From: Balanoglossus misakiensis
Lineage: Eukaryota; Animalia; Hemichordata
Reading direction: 5' to 3'
Assembly: GCA_040954595.2 (NCBI GenBank)
Contig: CM082598.2
Span: 5,657,097-5,721,096, forward strand
Length of the DNA stretch: 64,000 bases
The notes beneath the pieces are model-generated. The model saw only the letters and a list, made by a program, of their open reading frames with translations. It was not told where the DNA came from and ran no database searches. The translations under genes were made by a program, and so were the position numbers. Positions 39,393 to 51,200 of this stretch are shown here, piece by piece (position 1 is the stretch's first letter; each line of letters begins with the position of its first letter).

Positions 39393-39852
39393 CTCACTCA
39401 CTCACTCACTCACTCACACACTCACTCACTCACTCTCTCACTCTCTCACTCACTCACTCACTCACTCTCACTCACTCACTCACTCACTCACTCACTCTCA
39501 CTCACTCACTCACTCACTCACTCACTCACTCACTCACTCACTCTCACTCACTCACTCACTCTCTCTCTCACTCACTCACTCACTCACTCTCACTCACTCT
39601 CTCACTCACTCACTCACTCACTCTCACTCACTCACTCACTCACTCTCTCTCTCACTCACTCACTCACTCTCACTCACTCTCTCACTCACTCACTCACTCT
39701 CACTCACTCACTCACTCACTCACTCACTCACTCACTCACTCACTCTCACTCACTCACTCACTCTCTCTCTCACTCACTCACTCACTCACTCTCACTCACT
39801 CACTCACTCATTCATTCATTCATTCATTCATTCATTCATTCATTCATTCATT
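39393..39852. repeat. (CACT/CT)n-(CATT)n microsatellite
   Basis: Seen directly; ~100-bp equivalent at 10181-10282; absent in unit 3. Confidence 0.95.
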
Positions 39853-40822
39853 TAAAAACAAACTTTGTGGCCTAGGGTCTTGTGGATGAATAGTTGAAAG
39901 ACTGGTGATATCTTTTGGCAAGCCGTCTCTCAGACCTTTTCTCTCAAACCACAGGTATATTTGCTTAAGCATCCAGAGTCATGTGTGGGCGATCTGACAA
40001 TGGGATTTTTATATGTTTTGTAATACCGTATCCTTATCACACTGAGGACCAGTTATATTTGTTTCAATGAAGTGATAAACATGTATTTTTGGTCAGTTTG
40101 TCAGACTTGTTTTGACAATTTCATGCTAGTGTCAATGAACCTCATTTCAGGACAGTGTTTTATATGTTTTAAAATCTATAACATTGAAATCTAACCATAA
40201 ACACTTGAAGACATGCGTCATGCTTTGATTTATTGATGTTCGTGCACCTATGTCATAAATATTAAGTTGGCAAATACCCAATGTTTGTCTACGTGCAACA
40301 AATCCTACCACCTCCTCATGGCCTAAAAAATCCAGTGTGAGTTTGTAGTTGCTTGAGCCTCCAAATTTAGGGAAGATGGCAAAAAAAGTCAAATTTCTCA
40401 TTTTATTCTACAGTGCGAGGGAGGAAAATGCTACAGGGCTGATTGATCATACTCCTTTGAATATTAAATATCAATATCTCAGAAGTGATTTTTTAATTAG
40501 AGGTTGTAAACAGCTAGCGAGTTTTTGGTACATGTATAAGACTTCAAAGGTGAAAAGTAGCATATTTGGTGGGAAATAATCACCAAGCGAAACATTTACG
40601 TATTTCTGATTTCCCCAAATTATGAAGGGATGTATAATGGTTGCTTGGTGCTATCACACCTGTCTGAAATTGGGCGTACTTTATTGAAATAAAAATTGTC
40701 CATGTTAAATTTATTGCATTCCATGACACCTGATAATATGCTATTAACCAAAATATTTTGTATAAAACTCCTTGCAATTCAAAAATGAATATTTTGTCTC
40801 AAATTAATGAAGCCTTGCCACC

Positions 40823-40944
40823 CAATCTGATTAAAATCAGATGTAGGGAACGGCGACGTGGTTTTTTTATGCTGTCGCCTCACACTAGGCGACTGCATAA
40901 AAAAACCAAGTCGCCGTTCCCTACATCTGATTTTAATCAGATTG
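40823..40944. mobile_element. Hairpin MITE with ~10-bp TSD
   Basis: CAATCTGATTAAAATCAGATGTAGGGAACGGCGAC inverted repeat; flanks ccttgccacc / ccttgcaacc. Confidence 0.75.
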
Positions 40945-41709
40945 CCTTGCAACCATAATCCCTGTACCATGAAATGAAATACCTAATCTTGATTGACAAG
41001 TCTTTGGATTTATCATTTAGCTACCAGAGTCATGTATTTGCGGCCTGACACAGGGGTTTTCATTTATTGACAGACGTCTACAGCTTTCAAGATAACTGAT
41101 ACTTATTTATGGTCATTTTTCTTCTAATCTTAAAAAGTGGACAGAGTGTCTTGTGTAAATATTTAACCATTTATAAATGCCAGTGCTTAGTGACATACAG
41201 TTTGCCTACGTGCAGGAGATCAACCTAGCTAGTATCACTGAAGCACAATGAATGAGAGAGTGGGGGAGGGAGAGAGAGAGGGAGGGAGGGAGAGAGATGG
41301 GAGGGGGGAGGGAGGGAGGGAGAGAGAGTACCCTACTAGTTTATATTCTTAGTAACGAGGAAGTAAGACACTACTTGAGACTGTGCATTTTATGGTCTAC
41401 ATACCGGCACAAAGAATTGTTGCTACACATTCCTTTGTGTACTCTTAGAAATTTTAAGTTTTATTTTACAATCTGGTTGTACAAATACCTGGTTTAATGG
41501 AGTATAAAATATTAACCAGTAAAAGAAAGTACACTTACTTAGACTTGATGTACTGCACCTTAGGGATGTCTGGAACATGGAACTCGGAAGAGAAATTCTA
41601 CAGGGTGCCAATGCTATGTTATAATTAATTAATTAGTGTTAATTAATTAATTATGAATGAAACTGTTATGACGAATATCATTGGGTTGGTTTCAGTAGAC
41701 AACTTATAC

Positions 41710-41781
41710 CAGGATTCGTACGCTCCTGGAAACTCCTGGAATCTCCTGGAATTTTGAATTGCTCTAGGTGTATGAACCCTG
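41710..41781. mobile_element. 72-bp internal-deletion derivative of the CAGGGTTC element
   Basis: Left and right ends of 48913-50568 fused at the CCTGGAA repeats. Confidence 0.75.
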
Positions 41782-42268
41782 TATATGTTCTCAAATGCAT
41801 AGAAAGTTTGGTGGAGTTGGTAATGTTTATCAAGCAAACACAGTAACACTGTATTTATTTATTTATTTATTGTTATTTTTCTAGTTGAAGTTTATCATGA
41901 TATTTTATATTTTTTTTTTACAATTACGAAATCTGGGTATACAATATTTTATTTTGTGCTGCATGCGGTAAATTTGTTGAGTGTATTGTGAAAATATTTA
42001 GGGCTGTGTGCAAAAAATTCCTCGGGCTGTGACATATCTCATCATGATTTTGATTAATAGCTGATTGTATATTCTGACGTCCGTTGTAGTGTATAGGGCA
42101 GTGTATTTACTTATAGTTACTTTATAACTTTTTACACCCCCTCCAGTCTTCAAGATCACATGATTATGACCAGAAGACACCATCTTAGAACGAAGTAAAA
42201 GTTGTTGGACTCGAGACCAGTGCAAAAGTTGGTGGGTTTTAAAGCTTTTGGTGTGTTTCAGCTGCATG

Positions 42269-45200
42269 ATGGGCAATTTTTGTTGTAAGAAAACCAGGGC
42301 TTCCCAGAAATATGAAGAGCCACAGGTAAGTGCTAGTGACCAGTTGAACTGAAGTTATGGGCATATGCTTTGCTGCTATTTGTCTGTCTGCAAGAGGAAA
42401 ATGGTAAAGAGCACTAACAAGATTGTCAGTACACTAAGATTATTCATGATTCCATTGCATTGAAGCATAAGATTATTCATGATTCCATTGCATTGAAGCA
42501 TTTGATGGACAAAATGCCGTAAAGTACGTGTATGTCATATCAACACAGCTAAATTGTGATTGTAAAAACTAATTGACAAATTGTCGATGCACTACAACAC
42601 TTTAAATGTAGTGAAGTGCAGTTTTATAAATCCAACAGTCGCAAAACTTGCCATTTACATGGCAAAATGTTTGTGTTAATATTAAACTGTTTTGACATCT
42701 GTGAGTGAGTGAGAGTGTTAGAGGGTGATGGAGTCACTTGTCGAGTTGATCACTGAAAATGTAATGCAAACGGTAATGTGTGGCAACAAATGCACTACAT
42801 CAGATTGAGAAACGACTATTATATTATACCAGTATATTGATGGTGTAAATCACGCTATTTGATTGGTCGAGACACGACACGTGACCGTGATATATTAGCC
42901 ATATACCACAGTCATATATCATAGTCAAAGAAAATGCCTTTTTAAAATGTTTTATGCAAAGTTTCAATATACTGGCATAATATAATAGCAATAAAACACC
43001 CCCAGCCATGGTATACCACTCGATTTTGACCAGTTCAACTCCATATACGCACTCGCTATCGCTCGTGCGTATATGTCGTGAACTGGTCAAAATCTCGTGG
43101 TATACCATGGCTGGGGGTGTTTTATTGCTTAAGTACATCACAGTAATTGTTCATCATGACCATGATTTTATTGACCAGAATGTGTGCTGGACACTTCACA
43201 TACTTCACAAAACCCAAACTTTTGTGGAATGTTGTTCAATGGCATAAGTGGGTGCTAGTCTTTTAAGCTTTTGGTGTGTTTTGGGGATATTTCAGGTGCA
43301 CTTAACAGAGAGTGAATCTGGTGCAGGAACAACCGCTTCGCAGGAAAATAATGATCCACTGGTAAGTGACTTTTGAACTAAAGTTAGTCAGCTGGTTGCG
43401 CTAGTGATAAATAGTCTGATCAAGAGGAAGTTTTTAACATCAGATTGTAACATTAACAGGTGTTTCAGAATAATATCAGTATAGTGAGATTATTCATGAT
43501 GCTATTGTACTGTTTTTGATGGACAAAATGCTTTGTGTTTTGGGGATATTTCAGGTACACCCAACAGACAGTGAATCTGATGAGGGAACAACGGCTTTGC
43601 AGGAATATAAAGACCCACAGGTAAGTGACTTTAGGTGTTTCAGAATAATATAAGTATAGTGAGATTATTCATGATGCTATTGTACTGTTTTTGATTGACA
43701 AAATACTTTGTGTTTTGGGGATATTTCAGGTACACCCAACAGACAGTGAATCTGATGAGGGAACAACGGCTTTGCAGGAATATAAAGACCCACAGGTAAG
43801 TGACTTTAGGTGTTTCAGAATAATATAAGTATAGTGAGATTATTCATGATGCTATTGTAATGTTTTTGATGGACAAAATACTTTGTGTTTTGGGAATATT
43901 TCAGGTACACTTAACAGAGAGTGAATCTGATGAGGGAACAATGACTTCGCTGGAAAATAATGATCCACTGGTAAGTGACTTTTGAACTGAAGTTAGTCAG
44001 CTGGTTGCGCTAGTGATAAATAGTCTGATCAAGAGGAAGTTTTTAACATCAGATTGTAACATTAACAGGTGTTTCAGAATAATATCAGTATAGTGAGATT
44101 ATTCATGATGCTATTGTAATGTTTTTGATGGACAAAATACTTTGTGTTTTGGGGATATTTCAGGTACACCCAACAGACAGTGAATCTAATGAGGGAACAG
44201 CGGCTTCGCAGGAATATAAAGACCCAGAGGTTAGTGACCGTTGAACTGAAGTTATGGGCAGCTAGATTGCGCTAGAGGAAATATTGTCTGTCTGATTGAG
44301 AGGAAAACTTTAAATTGTAACACTCAAGTATGTGTTTAAGCAATAAAACACCCCCAGCCATGGTATACCACGAGATTTTGACCAGTTCACGACATATACG
44401 CACGAGCGATAGCGAGTGCGTATATGGAGTTGAACTGGTCAAAATCGAGTGGTATACCATGGCTGGGGGTGTTTTATTGCTATTATATTATGCCAGTATA
44501 TTGAAACTTTGCATAAAACATTTTAAACAGGCATTTTCTTTGACTATGATATATGACTGTGGTATATGGCTAATATATCACGGTCACGTGTCGTGTCTCG
44601 ACCAATCAAATAGCGTGATTTACACCATCAATATACTGGTATAATATAATTCAGAATAATGTCTTTCAGTATGCTGAGATTATTTATCATTCCATTGCAT
44701 TCTGTTTGTGAAGAGTAATCATGGCCTTACTTTACCCATTGTATGATGTCATCTTTTTTTTCCCACAGTGATATCACAGTTTTATTTTTTGGATTCACTT
44801 ATTCATCAATGAAGATCTCAATGTTTTCCTATGATATAACTGCTGTTTATGATTTCATATTGAGAATATTTTGATAAAACAAGTGTTGCGTTACAGCTTC
44901 TCATCAATGCCGCAAGGGATGGTGACATTGTAAAGATCCAGTCGCTGATAGCTGATGGATATGATGTCAATGCAAGTGGTGAATTATACATGGACAATTG
45001 CCTGATCCCTGTAAGTGTTCATTTTGGCCTTTTGTACAACAACAATAACACACGAGGATATAAACTACACATATGAAACAGCAAAGAATTTGAATTCTAA
45101 AATCAAAATTTTCAAGACTATCTCTGCATCATTTTCGGCCCATTATTGTACTCACCATCGTCAAACAAAGATTTATTTTAACTGCATATCTATGACTACA

Positions 45201-48200
45201 GCTCACTGTAGTGAAATTCCTGGAGGTTAATAGTCAAATGTCAAGTGCTTGACACATATGCAAATTTTTAGTATCAGATTTGTGATGTCATTTTTATTCT
45301 TCATTCCAGGATTTAACAGCATTGCATGCAGCGTCCTTGAAAGGTGGATTGGATACTATGAGTGTGTTGATTTCCCATGGTTCAGATGTCAATGCTAAGA
45401 CTGGGGTACATGAACTAACAAGTTATTACTTCATTATGGACAAAAAAATGACTTCATGTGTATATTTATGTCTTTATGACCACAGTGATCTCTGGATAAT
45501 TCTTTTATTGACATCATATGAACATTACAAAACATTAATTTTGATTTTAGCTGAATAATCACTTTTGTGGGAATACCTTCATTGTGTCTAACTTCTACAG
45601 GTTAATGCTAATCAACATTTATTTGTTTGTTTAAGGAAATTTCACCTTATATTTCAATTTTTGTGACATTGTTCTCTTGCACCTCCTTCATTACTTACAG
45701 GATGGAGAAACACCTTTGCACTCTGCAGCAAGGGATGGTGATGAAGGCCGTGTCAGATTGTTATTGGAACACAAAGCTGATGCTAACATACAAAACAAGG
45801 TAAATACCAACCTGACTTCTGCAGGTTTATTCTAATCTGATCGACATACAAACATTTGTTTGTGTGTTTGTTTTGTTTAAAGGAAATCTCACATTACATT
45901 TGAATTTTTGTGACATTGTTCTCATGCTCCTCCTTTCATTACTTACAGGATGGAGACACACTTTTGCACTTTGCAGCAAGGAATGGTGATGAAGGCCGTG
46001 TCAGATTGTTATTGGGACACAAAGCTGATGCTAACATTCAAAACAAGGTAAATTCCACCATGACTTCTACAGGTTAATTCTAATCAACATACAAACATTT
46101 TTGTTTGTTTGTTTGTTTGTTTGTTTGTTTAAAGGAAACCTCACAGTACATTTCAATTGTTGTGACATTGTTCTCATGCTCCTCCTTCATTACTTACAGG
46201 ATGGAGACACCCCTTTGCACATTGCAGCAGCAAGGGATGGTGATGAAGGCCGTGTCAGATTGTTATTGGGACACAAAGCTGATGCTAACATACAAAACAA
46301 GGTAAACACCAACCTGACTTCTACAGGTTAATTCTAATCAACATACAAACATTTTTGTTTGTTTGTTTGTTTGTTTGTTTGTTTGTTTGTTTAAAGGAAA
46401 CCTCACAGTACATTTGAATTTTTGTGACATTGTTCTCATGCTCCTCCTTTCATTACTTACAGGATGGAGACACACCTTTGCACTTTGCAGCAAGGTATGG
46501 TGATGAAGGCCGTGTCAAATTGTTATTGGAACACAAAGCTGATGCTAACATACAAAACAAGGTAAATACCAACATGACTTCTACAGGTTTATTCTTATCA
46601 ACATACAAACATTTGTTTGTTTGTTTTGTTTACTTATTTAAGGAGACCTCACAGTACCTTTCAATTTTTGTGACATTGTTCTCATGCTCCTCCTTCATTA
46701 CTTACAGAATGGAAACACACCTTTGCACTTTGCTGCAAGGTATGGTGATGAAGGCCGTGTCAGATTGTTATTGGAACACAAAGCTGATGTAACCATACAA
46801 AACAAGGTAAATACCAACATGACTTCTACAGGTTTATTCTTATCAACATACAAACATTTGTTTGTTTGTTTTGTTTACTTATTTAAGGAGACCTCACAGT
46901 ACATTTCAATTTTTGTGACATTGTTCTCATGCTCCTCCTTCATTACTTACAGAATGAAGAATCACCTTTGCACTATGCAGCAAGAGGGTATGGTGATGAA
47001 GGCCGTGTCAGATTGTTATTGGAACACAAAGCTGATGCTAATATACAAAACAAGGTAAATACCAACCTGACTTCTACAGGTTTATTCTAATCTGATCGAC
47101 ATACAAATATTTGTTTGTGTGTTTGTTTGTTTGTTTGTTTTTTTTAAAGGAAACCTCACGTTACATTTGAATTTTTGTGACATTGTTCTCATGCTCCTCC
47201 TTTCATTACTTACAGGATGGAGACACACCTTTGCAATTTGCAGCAAGAGGGTATGGTGATGAAGGCCGTGTCAAATTGTTATTGGAACACAAAGCTGATG
47301 CTAACATACAAAACAAGGTAAATACCAACATGACTTCTACAGGTTTATTCTAATCAACATACAAACATTTGTTTGTTTGTTTTGTTTACTTATTTAAGGA
47401 GACCTCACAGTACATTTCAATTTTTGTGACATTGTTCTCATGCTCCTCCTTCATTACTTACAGGGTGGAGACACACCTTTGCACTATGCAGCAAGGAATG
47501 GTGAGGAGGGCGATGTCAGATTGTTATTGGAACACAAAGCTGATGTTAACATACAAAACAAGGTAAAAACCTATACTGAATGATACAAATACATGACTGT
47601 TTGTTTGTTTATTTTAATCTCTTTATTTTTTTAATGTAGGTAAACTCTTCATGAAATTGATGCTAATATAGTGTAGAAATCTTTCATTACTAAAAGTATG
47701 GACACCTTTACAATGTGCAGCAATGAATACCATGTCAGATTGTTATTGAAACTCAAATCAAACTTTGGATGTACCGGTATTCATAGTCAGTTTCATTCTA
47801 CATATGTTTTTTTATTGAAGACATTTATGTAGAAATCGTTATTGTAAAGAAGATATGGTGACAGTTTTAGATTACTCTTTCAGTTCATCTTTCAACAAAC
47901 TGAAACTAAAAGCCTATTTAGAGGAGATACCAACCACTATGGTTTCCTCATTTTGGAGTTTTGTTTTGCGTCCTTTGCAACCACTACCACCACCATTGTA
48001 GGTTGGTACTGCAGGTATGTTTTGCGGCTCTGTTTATACGCACCTATAGTCCCGATCTTGCTGTATCTCCTACATGAAGTACTTGCTTTTGTTGTTTTGC
48101 ACAGGATGGCGACACAGCACTCCACATGGCAGCAATGGGCGCCACTTGGAGGAATTTTCGAAAAGTTGTGATACTGTTGTTGCAATATGGAGCTGATCTT

Positions 48201-51200
48201 GACTGCATAAATAAGGTACAATCTTCTATTGCTTATTTCAATATTTTATTCTGTTACACTGACACCATACGTTCTGATTAACTCGACCCGTTTTTAAAGT
48301 TGAATCTTCACAACCATTGAATTTGAAATTCAGTTTGTATGACTGTACAATTTTGAATTATCAGTTGGTAATACCAGCAGTTATTAATTATAGTATTAGC
48401 TTATCAATATCAACATCATAATTGATAGTTACTTCTATCCCAATAAAATTTAGACTCGAGAGACACCACTTAATGTCGCTGCAAATAGGTCTGTTAAGAA
48501 TGTGCTGTTGGATTACATTAGGGTGAGTAAAATTTTTCTTTTGTCATGAATTTGAATAATTTATAACCTGAAATCTTATGTACCCTGCATTAAGAGTGTC
48601 CATAAATATCAATGTAAGTAATAATTTGTTACATGTATTTTCTGATTTCTTTATTTAACAAGAAACGAGATGAGTTCAGTGACCTGATGAAGGAATCAGG
48701 TATGGAATGTGACACTTTTAAGTTGTTCTTCGCTGGAGATGGTGGAGTTGGTAAGACTACACTGTTGAAGTCACTTCAGAAGGTATGTTTGTATTTATTT
48801 TTTGTGTAACAGTTCTAGTAAGCCAAAACATCATAATACATTCACATTGTATGTATAGTGCATATTAGGCAACTACTGACAGAATGCCACAGGTGAACTT
48901 TGGATAATTAAACAGGGTTCGTACGCTCCTGGAAACTCCTGGAATCTCCTGGAATTTGAAACCCCTCCTGGAAACTCCTGAAATCTCCTGGAAATTCAAA
49001 ATTTCTCCTTGAAACTCCTGGAAAACCGCGAGTCACGATCGCATTTCACCAGATCGTGAAACAGTACGCGTTGCCCATTTCACTCAGCGCACCAGTTATC
49101 TTTAGACAGGCGTCCTATAAATAGTATCATTGACGTAGTAACGCACAAATTGCAACAACTAACGCAACTCAGCGTTCCGGTCGCAACAATATATCTAAAA
49201 CTTGACAAAAGATGTAGCAACTTTTGTTAGAGGTCATGCCTAGTCTCGGTTACCCAGACGCCTTTGCTTCTTCCGATGCTCTCCAGAAAAGGGTCTGGGG
49301 AAATGCTATTGAAAGCTTTGTAAAACAAAATGGCCGATGTCAGGATTTTGATCATCGCCTGATTGGCTGAGCTGTCAGTATGACCCAGGTCACTGCAATA
49401 GTTTCGACAATCGTCTACCAAAGATATTTCATATAATTTCTCCAACAATGCTAACAGAGGACGCCTTTTGCATTTCGCATCAACCAACAAGTACCGGTCT
49501 CTTGATATGAAGATACGACAAATAATCGCACATTCTTTACTATCAATCACGTGATCTGGCAATGCGTCCCATGGCGCAGTCATTTCCAGATGACGGGCAA
49601 GCAATATTTCGGCATCCAGTAAAAGTTTTTCCGAGTATGTTTTTACTTTAGAACCGCCAAACACATAACATGTATCGGGTATGTTGCCTCATCAGCCTCA
49701 TTGCATTTCGTCTGCACAGTCTTTGTCTGCACCACGTAAGTCCACGTTGCTGAAGTTGCCCGTCATCTGGAAAGTTGAATGCGAACGTAACTGCCACCTG
49801 AACGCGTCTGACGTCATTTGATAGCGAAGAATTGTCGAGAGTCAGTGACCTGGGTCATACTGACAGCTCAGCCAATCAGGCGATGATCAAAATCCTGACA
49901 TCGGCCATTTTGTTTTACACAGCTTTCAATAGCATTTCCCCAGACCCTTTTCTGGAGAGCATCGGAAGAAGCAAAGGCGTCTGGGTAACCGAGACTAAGG
50001 TCATGCCATGTGTCCGCGCGTCTGCAGAATACTTGTGCAGACGGCCGCGGCAGACACCCGTGAAATCGATATTCAAGGTCAATTAGTGATTTCAAAAAGA
50101 AGCAAAAAAGGCAGACGTTTTTTGTGTTTTTTTTTCAGCAGCAAAACAGTAATTTCCATCGGTAATTTGTCGATTTTATCACGACAAAATTCATTGCTTT
50201 AGGGACTGTTCTGTTTTTACGGCCGGGGCGGTAAACTCCCGGGGAGGGGGGTGGGGAGGTCACTTAAATTTTAGCCAAATATGTTAAATGATTTGGGAAC
50301 CCAGGAGATCTCTTGGTGAAAATTGTTTTACTAGGCCTTCATGGGGAGGTCATTGAAATTTGTACTATCACAGTCAAAAATCTTTAAATGATTTGTTAAA
50401 CTAGAATAACAAGTGCATGTGAATGTAACAGTAGTAGTAAATTTGCACAATTTTGTTGCATAAAACATCCTGGAAAATGGCATTTTTACCACAAAAACTC
50501 CTGGAAAATTACTGGAAATCTCCTGGAAACTCCTGGAATTTTGAATTGCTCTAGGTGTATGAACCCTGTTAAAACATGCATTGTTGATGAAATTTCGACA
50601 TTTTGTGTAGGTATATAGTGAAATTTTTTTCTTTCACTTTTCCTTATCAAAGACTAAAGAAATAACCCTGGGATCTGAAGAAAGTGAACACATTCCCACA
50701 CCTGGTATTGATGTCCAAAGTGTTCATATTCCTGATGTAGGAAATGTCAGTGTTTGGGATTTTGCCGGCCAGGCTGAGTATTACGTCACTCATAACATGT
50801 TTCTGGGAGCACCCAATGCTGTCTCCATATTGGTGTTCAAAGCTACAGACGAGAATGGTAAACTCAACACCTTTGAACGTGTGTTCCCACAGGTAAGAAT
50901 CTTCACAGTAAATTTATTAATATTAAACATGCTTGAGACTGGAAATCCAATGAATGTATTTCATCATTTTCCATATCCAAGACAGAAGAAACTGACCATT
51001 CCCGAAATATCACACTTTCCTTGAATTATAATCTCATATTCATGATCCCTTTAAATTTGCCTCAAAATAAATATAATATTTGTATAATTTATACAAATAT
51101 TCTCATTTGTAGATTTTGTTTTGGTTGCGGTTTCTGAAAGGAACAACCCACATGGACAGGTATTCATTCGATGAGCCCGGTGAAGGATACAAGAAACCAG

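Noticed and set aside
39163-39875. 230-aa and 195-aa His/Ser/Leu/Thr ORFs
   Set aside because: Translations of the (CACT)n microsatellite.
46139-46170. RSS-like heptamer CACAGTA in several ANK introns (V(D)J-type recombination)
   Set aside because: Present in only some units, no nonamer at 12/23 spacing, and no recombinase in the window.
49227-49664. 145-aa ORF inside the nested MITE as a transposase
   Set aside because: It runs through the TIR, has no recognisable DDE or DNA-binding motif, and is too short.
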